From Catajapyx aquilonaris (taxonomy: Eukaryota), in the NCBI GenBank assembly GCA_000934665.2, contig KZ538165.1, positions 62,001 through 114,552 on the forward strand: a stretch of DNA of 52,552 nt, read 5' to 3'. Position numbers and translations under genes: made by a program. This document shows positions 13,138 through 23,895 of the stretch, piece after piece. The stretch's first letter is position 1. The number at the start of each line of letters is the position of its first letter. The notes beneath the pieces were generated by a model, which had not been told where the DNA came from, did not search any database, and was given only the letters and a program-made list of their open reading frames with translations.

Positions 13138-16100
13138 GCCCATGAGGTAACAGGTGTTATTTGATTCCACTTAAGAAGTTAAAAATGTTGAAAGGCTAAA
13201 AAAATATCCTACCATAGAACCATAGTACCATGTACATTCAAACCTCGTTTAACATCAGGGATAGCCAGATAGGTTCGTGACTTCGTGTAAAGTGAAACAT
13301 TATTACAGTAATCATTTAATCTTATGGGAATTGGGAAATAGGGGGATAGGTTCCTGGGGGACCAGGTTCGTCATACATAAAATGTATGACGAACCTAAAT
13401 CCTACCAATAATCACAAACTCACCAGTCAAAAAGTTAAAACTTAAAACTCTTGACTCTTGACTTATTGTATATGTAGTAAAATACAGTTTAATTATCATA
13501 ATCAGTACATGAGAACATGACAGAGCCATAGAGTTAGTACATCAGGCACTGCTTTCTGCGTAATATAGATACTGTAGTGTACAATAATACTGTAAGTGTT
13601 ACAGACTTACAGGTATGTACACAGGTACACTACTGAATAGTCTAGTCGGCTAGTCGCTCCCAAGTAAGCGGAATCCATGTTAAACGAGGATTGACTGTAT
13701 ATTGTATAATGCACTTTCCTTGGAATGTAACATGTTTGACAATATTGACATACATTTCTTGATTTTCTTCAAATCGCAGGTGGGGTTTTTATCAGGAAAA
13801 TGAAATAAAGTGCTGTACTACAAATAATAACATTATCAAAATAATCCGATTATAATCAAAATAATCTGATTATAATCAAAATAATCCGATTATTTAATTA
13901 TTTTAAAATAATCATTGAATTATTGCCAACCCTGGCTTAACACTAGCTGGAACACGAGACAAAATGGGCAGGATAACTATTTTTTCTGACCCTATCCAAG
14001 AAGGTCAAATTAATGTACTATACAATATTCAATATCTATGCAACACTTCTGTAATGATTGGACATAAAAGCAGTCAGGGGGAAGAGAATGTTCCTAGGTT
14101 CAACTAGCTATTAGAGAAACTGGAAGGAAACCCATTGCAGCACTCACCATACTCCTGGAATGAGGAAGCTGTGTCTTTTCTGCACCATCACCCTGTCTGT
14201 CAATGGGCTCTTCCACATCTGCTAGGACTTGCAATCCCTCTTCAATGCCTTCTTCAAGGATTCTATCTGAGAGGGCCACACTGTTGCTGGGTTCAGCTAA
14301 GGAACCATTCCCAGCTAAAGAAGTAAGCTCATTCAGCTGCTGAACTGAAGGATGTGCTGACTCTTTTTCAGTCATCTTCTCTATTCCTGTAAAGCATTGC
14401 ATCCCTTATTGCCAACGATTTTCACACTTTATTTGCAAGTTTAGGACAGGTTGGCAGAATGATCTGATGCTACCCCAAAATAATGCAATATTTGTTGAAA
14501 GGAGAGGTTGGCAAGAGAAAATTCACATTGTATTGCAACATGGAAAACAAACTCTGGGATCAGTGGTCGTTAAGCCAGTGGCTCCTGCCATAAAGAAATT
14601 ATGCACATGTGAAAGGAAAAAATTAATTTTTTTTGTGAGACTCAAGCTAATTTTGGCAATGAACTAAACTGTTCGTTTTTTTTTAGGCTTGACATAAAGG
14701 AATTCTATGACTTGTGGAAATGTGGAATGTGACATTTTAGGGCTTGTCAGGAGAAAGTCACTGATCCTAAATGAGAAAATTGATAGAAAGCATCTTTTTT
14801 TTTACTCCTAATGTCCAATGACTTGAAGTACCAGCCATTTTTGTAGCAATTTACTACGTATATGAGGTAGCTGAATAACCAAACAGAGATGAACATAATG
14901 AAGTAGCTACCAAATTCCTCTGGTATCCACAAATTAGTACATGTATTGTAGAGTTGTTTAAAATGGTAATCAAGTAAGGTTCACTCACTAGTAATATGGT
15001 CAGGTTTAGGTGTATTTGAATTTCTACTGCAACATTATTCTGTACCTGGTAGAACAGCTAATGATGCATTGAGAGTGCCTGGCTCTGCTGGCTGGGCTGG
15101 GCGTGAGCCCTCCATGCTTGGAGGTTCCCTGGTGCTCTCACTTGAAACTTGACGTACCAGCTGCTGACGCTTGTTCCGCTTCGCCAGAGACTTGCTGATG
15201 GTCCCATAATCAGTGGGCAAATTGGCTAGTGAATGAAAAACTTGCCGCTTTCTTATAATTGTGTATACCAAGTTGGAGTTTCCATCAAACTGGTACTGAA
15301 TAATGTTGTTGAAGATTTCCAGGAGAAAAAAGACAAGGTGATGGTTTGTTGGTGAGGAGAAGAGAAACCAAGGGGTGCTGAAGGCTTCCAGTAAGTGCAA
15401 CATCTTGGTGCTAGCTACCATGGACAGTGTTTTCAGGTATGGAGACACTGAAACAGGAAGACAGAAAAAGGCAACCTATTAATAAGCCTATCTCAACAGG
15501 ATAAAAAGAAAATGTGGACAAGAATCAATATTATGATGACACATGATAAATGTTAGTGCTGTTAATGTCTCCTTTGAAAGTGAAACTCAGTTTTTCCCCC
15601 TATCTTTCACTTGAGTTGTGCAATGTTGGCTTGAAAATCGTGATTTTTAATATTATTGAAGTTTCAAATGAACATGAAAGGCACTAGGAACCTTCAATAT
15701 ATAAAAAAAAAAAGAAAATAGAGATGACGCCAGATATTTTACGTGGTATTTTCTCCCTAAAGCATCAATTCAACTAGTTTCGAACAGTTGGCAATTAATG
15801 TGACAGTAGCTTTTGAAGCAATTTGGGAGTTTTAACATACAAAGACGCGGTATTTCTGTGGAAACTTTCAAACACACTTTTCTCTCATTAGATCAAAAAT
15901 CAGTTTCAACAGGTTTTTTTAAAAAGGAACAACTCCATTACACCAGTGGTTCCCAACCTTTTCGGGCCTTTGAGAGCAGTTGGTCCTTCTCGTACCCCCT
16001 ACCAGGATGAAAAATTTACCGAATCCTTGACATTTAACTAACCTGTGATAATCATGATAACTACCTTATAATCAATATTTTGGAACCATTGGGAATATGA

Positions 16101-19100
16101 TGAAGTGAAGAATATTAAGTCATTTTTTGATTATAATCCAGCTATATTTACCTTTGTGCAAGACACTTATGGGCTGTGCTATGTCCAAAATTGCTCGATT
16201 TGTACTCAGAGTACTTAGCCCCGTATCCCCAGGAGGGGCACCTCATACCCCTGGTTGGGAACCCCTGCATTACACTGTTGTCCCAAGGAAAAATGGCTCT
16301 ATCTACAAAGCCAGTAAGGATGAAGTCAAGTGAGGGGTGTGGTGGAAAAACATGATAACCCACAAAAGTAAGGGCGACAAGGTGGCGGAGTGGTTAGCGC
16401 CACAGGCTTCCACCTCTAAGGTCCCGAGTTCAATCCCCGGGTCGCACAGAGGATACTGATGTGGATAGAGTTTCGATGGGTTCTCTCCGTGTTCGCGTGG
16501 GTTTTCTCAGGGTTCTCCCCTTTCCTCTTGCAAACAAAATCCATCACACGCAGGCAATGATTAAAGTCCGTCCACGAAAAGAAGATCCCCTAAGAGGCCC
16601 AAGGCCTATCACGGGGTATCCATTATTATTAGAACCCACAAAAGTGTAATTTTTCAGGACAGTGAATTTAAGTTTGCATTCTCTTAACAAATACGGAATG
16701 CGGGTTTTGATCTAGTGTGGCTGTATCGTGCATGATACATGAACTCCAAGTATACCAAACTGTTTGTCATGTCTTTTACATAGTTTCTAGGTCAAAAATG
16801 ACAAAAATGCGGGTTGTTGTGTTTTTCCACCACACCCCTCAAGTGTCAGGCCCACATGCAGCTTTGTCCTTGCTGGTTTTGTACAAAGCGATTTTTTTTT
16901 TGGACAGCAGTTCAGACAGGTTTCACTGTAATTACTAAAATGTTATTGACCTGGTGTATTTTCAGTGTGCTATATTTTAGCCATACATAGTTCATTAAGC
17001 TCTTTTTGTGTGTGATACTTTGCTTGTTCATGCCTTAAAGGAACTGCAAGCAGATGTAGAAATTAATTGCCAATTACTCTCACATACTTTGCATATGCAC
17101 TGTGAAAAAAATCCATGTTCTTACCATTCACTAGAATAGTGAGAAGGCAATCAAAAAGTGGTTGCAATCTTTGGTGTCCAGTCGTGATGATCTTGTGGAA
17201 CACGATTATTAGGAGATCGGCATGTGTACCTGCAAGAAGTGCATTAACAATACACATTGCATAGCTTTTACAAGGGCCACTCACTCACCAGTGAACACTG
17301 GAATATCCATTGGAATAGTTGCAGTGTATGGCTTGTTCAGTCTTACACCAAAATTCCGCTCTCCACTCAAGAGGAGCAAAATGAAGACGCCAATGTGCAT
17401 CAAGCCCACTCGTGCTATAGGAAAGAGAAATAGCAGGTTGCTCAATATGTAAACATCCTAGTGTAACTCTCTCTCCCTCCCTCACTAACAAAGTTTACTT
17501 ACACTGGTCAGCTCTGGAGTCATTGAGGTGGTACAGGATAGGAACCAAAACATCCAGCACATCACTGCTTTTCAAGACATAGTAGAGAAATTTCTGGGGA
17601 GAGATTTATATTATACATCATATGTGACTTTTTAAATGCAGTAGATTCCTTACTTTGTTATAATCACACATCTTCCAAAAAAACACTAGCAGTTCCTGAT
17701 GAAACTGGATCTTCTTATTTGAATTAGGCAGGTATGTCTGTACAAGCGGGTTGTTAAGTAGGCGTGTGAATCCTTTCAGGATGAACTGGAAGTCCTCTTC
17801 GCGATGAATGCGAGATAAATAGTTCACAAAGAGATTGTCTGGCAAGGCAGTCTAAAATAAACATTGAATTTCCGTAAGACATCACAGGTGGAACCAGGTC
17901 CAAAGTGAAGCAAAACGTACTGTTAATGGAACTGCAACACTAGCTTCCTCGCCTTCAGGCACATTAGATATGGTGTCTTGATCAAGAGTGACTATAAGAA
18001 TTTGCAGAGCTACTTCCACTAATGGCTCTCTTGTATCAGTGAAGAGCAAATGGTTGTACGGCATGCCCATCCCCGTTGGATTATAAGCACAAATCACATT
18101 CAGTAAAGACGTGAACAAAGGAAGAGCATGGCGATTCTCCGCAGACGTAAAAAACTGGATCCATCGATTTGAAGAAATTGGAGTATCCCCTAAAAGTGCA
18201 ACAATCCACATTAACAACTCATTCTCACTCTCTGGTATTACAAGTGATATGGTCAGGCTGAGGGGGTGGGCACTGGGGAACAATGGAGAGCAGTGGAGCA
18301 CTGGAAACATGAGATGCTGGAACACGACTACATTGTTCTGCCATGTGACCACCCCCTCAGATTGGGCATTGCATTCTCACCGACTGGAGGGAAATACATC
18401 GTTTCACTGAAGCATGTTATCATAAGCTTCAGAATTTCCATTCGGTTGGCATCATGCTGAGGGCAGCTTGGAGGTGGATGAGCAAAGCCAACACCTGCTT
18501 CCCAAATATACTCACAACTGTCAATTGACTGTAACTCTTCAGGTTTGTCCTACAGAAAATATCACATAACTCACATTACACAGTCACTTCTAAGCACAAT
18601 ACCGTATTTACTCGCATATAAGACGCACACACGTATAAGACGCACCCCGGTTTTGAGGCGAAAAATCGTGGAAAATCGGTTGTTGACTCATATAAGACGC
18701 ACCCAGATTTATTGCCGTAGTTTGGGAACTGGCCTCGAGCTGCCGGCAGCAACCTCGTGTGATGCTCGTGTGCAATGCATGTGCGTGTGGAATCCATTAG
18801 AATCCAGTAAAAAGGGGGGGGCAAATGGAAAATGGGACAATGCTACGCATCTGAAACATATAGGTGGCAAGGTCACACCGGAATTGTGCACGTGTGTGGA
18901 CGGCCGAGGAGAGCGACGATGACTGATTCGAATGTGCGATGTTTTTAAATTTTTCAATAAACGATTTTCACGATTTCTCACGGGTTTCACCCGTTGTGCC
19001 CTGCCGTATAAGACCCACACGCGTATAAGACGCACCCTACTTTTTGAGCTACAAAAATCGGAAAAAAAGTGCGTCTTATATGCGAGTAAATACGGTACTT

Positions 19101-22100
19101 TGAGATTAACATGTAATAAAGATCAAGAACTAGGCGAAAGCCCTTATGTGGCATAATGGTTGGAGAATACAAATCATTTCTGATCCTTAAGGTCAGTAAT
19201 TCCCAAGCGTTGTACACTGCAACCTAACATGGTGTCTTTCATCTGTCCAACAACCCATAAAGGTAATTCTTGTTTGTTAAATATCTGCTGACCCAGAATT
19301 GATACACTTTTAATTGATATTAAGGAGGTTGGCCCAGCATTGCCTTTCAACCTCGAAGGATAGGGAAGGAAGGAAGCGGCTGTGGCCTATAATACGGAAG
19401 CGACCCCGGAATTATCCTAGAAAGACCGTGGAAAACCACAGAAAACCACGTTCAGGGTTGCCGGCCCCGGGATTCGAACCCAGGACCTCCCGATTAGCAG
19501 TCGGACGTCCTATCCACTATGCCAACCTGCCTCCGTTGAGAATTGATACACTGTAGATTATAAATCAATACTTGCAATATTTTTGGGAGTACTTGTAAAT
19601 GATAAAGACGAGTAGACTTTACCATATGTCGTGCAGAAAACTTGTGGAGTCACACAAAATACAAATAACGATTTTAGTCATACTTGATTGAACTAGGCTG
19701 TATCAGAATCAGCAAACCAAATTACAGGATACTCTATTAAAAATGTTGTTGTGACATGATTAATATTTTATTTCTCCCTTCTAATAGATGTTGCACACAG
19801 GCTGCTTTTTACGTTAGTTAAAAATTCACATCATTGTTGTATGTATAGTCAAGGTAATCAATAAATTAAAGGCCTCAAATGCACCAGAGAGCAAGGCTCC
19901 AGTGCCTCTGACATGCTCAGGTCAGTCTCTGCAGATATCTACCCTGTCTCGGGTAATGGTATAATAGACAGCAAGCTGGCCCAGTTTTCAAAAGGTTACG
20001 CAATTCATACTAGGCAATAATGTATATTAGTCATTCACTGTTAGATACCAAGCTAGTTACATCTAGGGCTACAAAAGAGGTCTTACCAGAAATATGACAT
20101 AGATTTCAATGTACAAAGGGATAATTGCAGATTTAGCAGACCCTTCAAATGAGGGACCTACAGTGGGTAGGCTACAGCTCGAGAGTGGTAGACCAACATG
20201 AAAGATGAAGCCCGTGACATTCATTGCACAAGTAGTACAGTGTCCAATCTCCTATACAAGAGGGAGTCAGCAATGAAGGTATGGATTGTTTACCCTGTCA
20301 CCCACTTTTAAAATGTTTGTTGGTGCATGTCAGTACCAGTTGGTGCCTCAACCCTCAACATTTCATGCCCTTGCAATTTACACTTGTTTTGGCCCAAGTA
20401 ATCTACTAGTGGCCGAAAGACCTCTACAGTGAAACCTGTCTGCAGCACTCCATACTATAAATTTTTCTGTACTTAACAGATTTCCATTATATTCAACAAA
20501 AAACATCTTCTCAACCTAGATTTTTAAAAGCCGTAATCTCCTCAGTGGTCTTTGCTACATCATGTGTCTGTTACAGCTTTCAACTGTTGTTACAAACATC
20601 TTACACTTCTATCTGAAATTATGATGAAGGGTAATGCAAGCTTACTTACAGGGCCAGACTTCCTATTTCCTGCAACTGTGAAATCTGGGCAAAATAAAAG
20701 ATCCTGCAAGCAGATAAATATAACAATAACTTTTCCTAAAAAATAACTCTTTTTCCGACAACTTACACAAAGTGCATTGAGGAGTGACTGTGCCAAGGGG
20801 CACGATTCTTCCTCATCTTCCTGTGACTGGCCAGGAAGACTTGACCAGAAAAATCCACGCCAATCAGGATCTTCAAATATGTATGGCAAGACATGTGTGA
20901 GAAGACGAATGCAGTTCAAAGCTGGAAACAAAAGGGGAATTACAAAACTGGCACCACCAAACAGGACTTATTAGTATCATATCTCACCTGTCTGTTGTTC
21001 TTGCTGTGTTCTGCAATTACTATCTACTAATTTGACTAATTTTTCCACTGCCTTGTAGCACAGTGTTGCCAAGTTGGATGGAGATTCTTCTCTCAATGCT
21101 CGAATTTCCGCAGCAGGCACTAACGTAAATATGTCTTGCACACAGGCGACATTATCTGACCAGAATTGGTCCCAAAAGCTGTCATCACTGGGATCTATGG
21201 GCTGAAAATGTTTTTCAAAATGAAAATAGAAAGATGTATTAAAAGAATGGACTTAAAACCTGAGCAACCTCTTATCATTCTAGCATCAAACATCTAGAAA
21301 CACCTCTCTGCCCAGAGGGGGAATGTGTACTGGGGCAAATGTAGTTTCTCATTTTTTGGATAATAATCCTAGGGACAAACTAAACAACAACATCGGAGCA
21401 AAATATTACGGTGTAGGATGTACTGTACATACAACTTTTATACAACTTCTCCCAGCAGTCACCCATTTGAGGTAGGGTTGGAACTTTTTCCTCCACTTGC
21501 TTCCACAACAGATTGCCTGGTACAGCCACCTACTTTGTGCCCAGCCCTCCAATTATTCCTACGTGTAGTCAAATATAGTGGCTGCTATAAAATTTGGCAC
21601 CTGGATCAGAGTGTAAAAAAGGTACACAAAAATAGCAATTCCGAGTGAAATTTGTGATAACTAAAAGGACCCCAATACTTGGAACCCACTGCATTCTATG
21701 ACATTTGGCCTGGCCATAAATGGTTTTGCGCAATACCTAGAACACAAAAAGCACCACACAATTATTATAATATTGTTATGATTAGTTTTCAACATATTTG
21801 GCAAACAATGGAGCGCACAAGTGCTACTAAAGAGGGTTATATATTTACCTACAACTGAGAGTGTCTTGCCTATGCAATAAAAAGTATTTAGGCTTGTCAC
21901 TGCTCAGATGCAATTTATATGAAACAACTGGAAGTAGTGAAACATGATTATGGGGGCACGATGGTCTAGTAGGTGTGTCAATAGTCTCACACAGCTACAA
22001 ACAGCAGATTGGCTAATACCTGCCGCCAGAATTTGCATACCACCTGCTGTATGATTCACCACCATATGTTATGCCAACTTGAGCCATGCAGCTTCCAACT

Positions 22101-22262
22101 TAACTTCCAAACCTTTTCCTCATAATCAGCCCTACATGTCACAATATTTTTCCACACACTACTGGCCACCTCACACTACAAAATGATAAATTTTACCTGT
22201 GTTTTTGTTGTCAGCTGCACAACAGCTTTCCTATATTTGAGTTTTGTGTCTGAGTTTCCCAT
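3271..22262 (-). CDS. HID1: HID1 (HID-1/dymeclin-family Golgi/dense-core-vesicle protein), complete 16-exon CDS of 2568 nt, about 855 aa
   Basis: Spliced minus-strand exons 22197-22262, 20988-21201, 20767-20921, 20650-20703, 18381-18549, 17921-18189, 17654-17851, 17503-17593, 17289-17414, 17125-17229, 15046-15447, 14148-14386, 10992-11117, 9571-9701, 3399-3557, 3271-3334, all GT-AG with consistent phases. The translation runs MGNSDTKLKYRKAVVQLTTKTQ...LPYIFEDPDWRGFFWS...NLFVNYLSRIHREEDFQFIL...WKSKLPLQTIVRLLQVLVPQVEKICIDK...WYDTDVKLFEIQRV*, matching HID1 as recalled, with an N-terminal MG myristoylation-type start. Confidence 0.97.
3399..3557 (-). CDS. HID1: HID1 exon 15 (GLTDESEILKFLQHGTLVGLLPVPHPILIRKYQ...VIYLR)
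   Basis: TTCCAG acceptor, AG|GTATA donor. Confidence 0.96.
3681..4227. mobile_element. Fold-back MITE (Tc1/mariner-type end), left terminus truncated
   Basis: Arms about 3681-3936 and 3958-4213 are near-perfect reverse complements; right end CCACCCTG|TA. Confidence 0.85.
4828..5741 (+). mobile_element. Decayed, internally deleted mariner element
   Basis: TA|CGAGGGCACATCAATAAAGAATGAGAA and matching right TIR ...TTGCCCTCG|TA; transposase remnants SAGKAM..FF, LHQDSAWPH (HDNAxPH-like), HSPDLAP, KCIQLNGDYVEK. Confidence 0.9.
5816..7030 (+). mobile_element. Decayed Tc1/mariner transposon (maT/DD37D-like, tentative)
   Basis: TA|CAGGGG...TTTCACATCTATGGTAGCAAAT and ...ATTTGCTACCATAGAGGTGAAAGACCCTG|TA; frameshifted transposase with HTH (QRHIAAHVGVSPSTVHR), VSLDEA, HQDK and KSPDTTHMDFYWFG. 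Confidence 0.85.
7603..9529. mobile_element. Large fold-back non-autonomous DNA transposon
   Basis: TA|CCCAAA...TTTGGG|TA; arms about 7603-8320 and 8725-9529 are inverted copies (mirror ORFs 7808-7996 and 8895-9218). Confidence 0.85.
9287..9350 (+). mobile_element. 5'-truncated retroposon tail with (TAA)n
   Basis: 12-bp TSD ATATGCACCCAT (9275-9286 and 9351-9362); AGGCCTATCACGGGGTA is identical to the SINE tail near 16602; absent from the opposite arm of the host. Confidence 0.85.
9571..9701 (-). CDS. HID1: HID1 exon 14 (GDGMRQWAPTSEWILTWKSKLPLQT...ICIDK)
   Basis: ACGCAG acceptor, GTAAGT donor, phase 2. Confidence 0.95.
9934..10776 (+). mobile_element. tRNA-derived SINE (family A) interrupted by a MITE
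   Basis: A-box-like TGGTGCTGCGG, B-box GGTTCGATCCC, TSD ATGGCTGA(G/A)GATA; uninterrupted copy at 43711-44054 on minus. Confidence 0.88.
9981..10466. mobile_element. Kolobok-like MITE inserted in the SINE head
   Basis: TTAA|GGGGGGGATAAAGAGAATTT...AAATTCTCTTGATCTCCTCC|TTAA; the empty site (single TTAA) is seen at 44007-44010. Confidence 0.88.
10992..11117 (-). CDS. HID1: HID1 putative exon 13 (PVAAGSPTLSQKSSASEGSGQSGANSPKHHMSVKTLPRSLSQ)
   Basis: Strong pyrimidine tract plus CAG acceptor, CAG|GTAGG donor, 126 nt, open, phase 0/0 matching both neighbours; no recognised homology. Confidence 0.7.
11502..12703. mobile_element. Non-autonomous DNA transposon with piggyBac-like CC termini and ATAT TSD
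   Basis: ATAT|CCTCCTGAGAC...GTCTCAGGAGG|ATAT; internal extra TIR-like copy near 12027-12038; nested palindrome at 12277-12472. Confidence 0.6.
12862..13074. repeat. 34-bp tandem repeat, about 6 copies
   Basis: Unit GATTATAATCAACTGATTAATAATGAAAAATCTT, identical copies; followed by (TAA)n at 13078-13137. Confidence 0.95.
13235..13697. mobile_element. Tigger/pogo-like MITE nested in the hAT element
   Basis: TA|CATTCAAACCTCGTTTAACA...TGTTAAACGAGGATTGACTG|TA. Confidence 0.8.
14148..14386 (-). CDS. HID1: HID1 exon 12 (GIEKMTEKES...PHSRSM), variable loop
   Basis: TTACAG acceptor, GTGAGT donor; GIEKMTEK resembles the conserved GIDKLTEK. Confidence 0.88.
15046..15447 (-). CDS. HID1: HID1 exon 11 (VSPYLKTLSM...NNIIQYQFDGNSNLVY...AVLP)
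   Basis: TTTCAG acceptor, G|GTACA donor; ORF 15035-15448. Confidence 0.95.
15944..16267. mobile_element. hAT (Charlie-like) MITE
   Basis: 8-bp TSD CATTACAC; TIR CAGTGGTTCCCAACC/GGTTGGGAACCCCTG. Confidence 0.9.
16370..16632 (+). mobile_element. tRNA-derived SINE (family B)
   Basis: A-box TGGCGGAGTGG, B-box GAGTTCAATCC, (TTA) tail, 13-bp TSD AACCCACAAAAGT; related fragment near 42870-43004 on minus. Confidence 0.9.
17125..17229 (-). CDS. HID1: HID1 exon 10 (GTHADLLIIVFHKIITTGHQRLQPLFDCLLTILVN)
   Basis: TTGCAG acceptor, GTAAG donor. Confidence 0.95.
17289..17414 (-). CDS. HID1: HID1 exon 9 (SRVGLMHIGVFILLLLSGERNFGVRLNKPY...PVFT)
   Basis: CTATAG acceptor, GTGAGT donor. Confidence 0.95.
17503..17593 (-). 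CDS. HID1: HID1 exon 8 (KFLYYVLKSSDVLDVLVPILYHLNDSRADQ)
   Basis: CCCCAG acceptor, GTAAGT donor. Confidence 0.95.
17654..17851 (-). CDS. HID1: HID1 exon 7 (TALPDNLFVNYLSRIHREEDF...CDYNK)
   Basis: TTTTAG acceptor, GTAAGG donor. Confidence 0.95.
17921..18189 (-). CDS. HID1: HID1 exon 6 (GDTPISSNRWIQFF...ENRHALPLFTSLLN...VPLT)
   Basis: TTTTAG acceptor, GTACGT donor; within ORF 17882-18352. Confidence 0.92.
18381..18549 (-). CDS. HID1: HID1 exon 5 (DKPEELQSIDSCEYIWEAGVGF...YFPPV)
   Basis: TGTAG acceptor, G|GTGAG donor; DSCEYIWEAGVGFAH motif. Confidence 0.95.
18602..19095. mobile_element. pogo/Tigger-like MITE
   Basis: TA TSD; perfect 27-bp TIR CCGTATTTACTCGCATATAAGACGCAC; repeated internal TATAAGACGCAC motifs. 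Confidence 0.9.
19309..19538 (-). mobile_element. tRNA-derived SINE (family C)
   Basis: 14-bp TSD AGAATTGATACACT; B-box GGTTCGAATCC; head shared with the copy at 23896. Confidence 0.9.
20650..20703 (-). CDS. HID1: HID1 exon 4 (DLLFCPDFTVAGNRKSGP)
   Basis: TTGCAG acceptor, GTAAGT donor; follows a 63-nt intron. Confidence 0.93.
20767..20921 (-). CDS. HID1: HID1 exon 3 (ALNCIRLLTHVLPYIFEDPDWRGFFWS...NALC)
   Basis: TTCCAG acceptor, GTAAGT donor; within ORF 20590-20931. Confidence 0.95.
20988..21201 (-). CDS. HID1: HID1 exon 2 (PIDPSDDSFWDQFW...EQQT)
   Basis: TTTTCAG acceptor, G|GTGAG donor; EIRALREESPSNLATLCYKAVEKL motif. Confidence 0.95.
22197..22262 (-). CDS. HID1: HID1 coding exon 1 (MGNSDTKLKYRKAVVQLTTKTQ)
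   Basis: ATG at 22262, donor CAG|GTAAAA, phase 0. Confidence 0.95.
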
Positions 22263-22800
22263 CACGACTGCAGTCCTAAACAGCAAGAGTTCACGACTAG
22301 TAAATGTGATACATTTCACCTCGCCAGTTGTCAACTCCAACAACGTACCAAAGAACTACACCCGAACCAAAGACAACTCCACCAAGATCTGTGGTCAGAG
22401 ATGATCTACTCTTTGCAACATTTTTTTTAAGGACTGACGTCACGAGACTGATTATTATTATGGACACGTGTGGCGCTGCATGCAAATATAAATTCGATAT
22501 AAAGTGACATGCAAAATGAAATGTATCACACACTTGTTATGGTATTATTGCATAAATATGCCCATAAATATTTACTATTGTAAAACCAAGATTCCGAAAA
22601 CGCGCGAAAACGGTACCGCCCACCCCGCCAACAGTGATAGAGATACAAAGTATATTATATATATATCGATACTACGATTTCTGCGGCCGGAGGTTGTAGG
22701 CTGGTTGTACTCGTCGTTGTAGGTGCCCAACCACTCTACCACTGCCTGTATAGAGATTGTAGAGCCGCTTCACCTTCACCTGTCACGTATCATCAGGAAG
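22263..22800. promoter_or_regulatory. CpG-rich putative bidirectional promoter (HID1 minus / TMA16-like plus)
   Basis: CRE TGACGTCA 22435-22442, E-box CACGTG 22465-22470, DRE TATCGATA 22664-22671; candidate plus-strand 5'UTR exon donor AAG|GTATGG at 22800. Confidence 0.5.
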
Positions 22801-23224
22801 GTATGGAGTTGTTCTAAGAGTGAATCGTACTAGTCCGTACTGCTCGTCTCTCTAGGCTCCTAGGTCCTAGTAAGTAAAGCATAAGATTCTGCAGTGTTCG
22901 GAAGGGGTAAGAGGCAGGGAGCAGGGGCAAAGTGACTGGGCATTAGATGGGATGGGGGAGTAAGGAACCTACACCCACATGCGTAAATGATGTCAAATGC
23001 CAGGTACTATAGCTTGTAGCTGGAATTTTTGGATTGATGGAGAGCCTTCCAGTTTGATTGGGTAATGGAATATCAAGTTGCATATTTTTTCCCCATCCAT
23101 ATATGCACAAGGGTTGTTATTCTAAGATTATGGAAGCAAGGTGAGGGGAGTAGGAGTGTTTCACTGCAAAGGAGTACGTAGGGCGGTAAAACAGGCACCA
23201 CATGAAAGTTGTGAGAGTGTACCT

Positions 23225-23480
23225 CTGACGGCCCAAGTCAAAACCCAGTATCTCGACTATTTGTCATTTCAAGATATTCGCCTATGAAGTGTTTTGTTTC
23301 CATTATCGTATACAGAAGTGTATGATTTCAATTGGCCATAACTTTGTCTCTGTATAAGGGTTGCACCTACAGTTATGGGCTTTGTACCAAAAGGTGTAGC
23401 TTGCAAAGAGGAGTGCAATGGTGCATTTATCTCCAATTACCTGAATTTCGAAGATACGGGGTTTTAATTTGTGCCGTCAG
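23225..23480. mobile_element. Small MITE with 4-bp TSD (Sola-like, uncertain)
   Basis: ACCT|CTGACGGCCCAA...TTGTGCCGTCAG|ACCT. Confidence 0.55.
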
Positions 23481-23547
23481 ACCTCTCATTGCACCTATCA
23501 CAGACCTGCATGCAAAATAGCAGGGGAAAGTGGCAAGTTACACTAAC

Positions 23548-23707
23548 AAGGGAAGTGTCTGTAGGGGTATCGGCCAATCTTGGCTCATATCTTGAAAACG
23601 CTTGGCTAGTGGCACTTTTTATTTTCACCAATGAATTTCTGGCCTGCGATTTACCCGAAGTGCCATTTTCGGGCCAATTGGCCGATACCCCTACAGACAC
23701 TTCCCTT
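23548..23707. mobile_element. Short MITE with 31-bp perfect TIRs
   Basis: AAGGGAAGTGTCTGTAGGGGTATCGGCCAAT and its reverse complement. Confidence 0.75.
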
Positions 23708-23895
23708 AAGTGCGGGCATGTCAGCAAAGGTCACAAACGGACAGAAAACCATTACCATTTGCACCAGCACACCCATAAAACAAGTTGCATGAGGTGCCCC
23801 ATTTACTGTATGTAAGGAGCCTTTCTGCAGCTTCATCAAGCATTGTGATAGTGAAGTACAGGGTGTTCTAAGTATATGAGTCACTTTAGATACTA

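Larger units (their letters stand above)
12824..13934. mobile_element. hAT-type non-autonomous element with subterminal minisatellite
   Basis: 8-bp TSD GCTTAACA; TIR CAGGGTTGGCA/TGCCAACCCTG. Confidence 0.88.
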
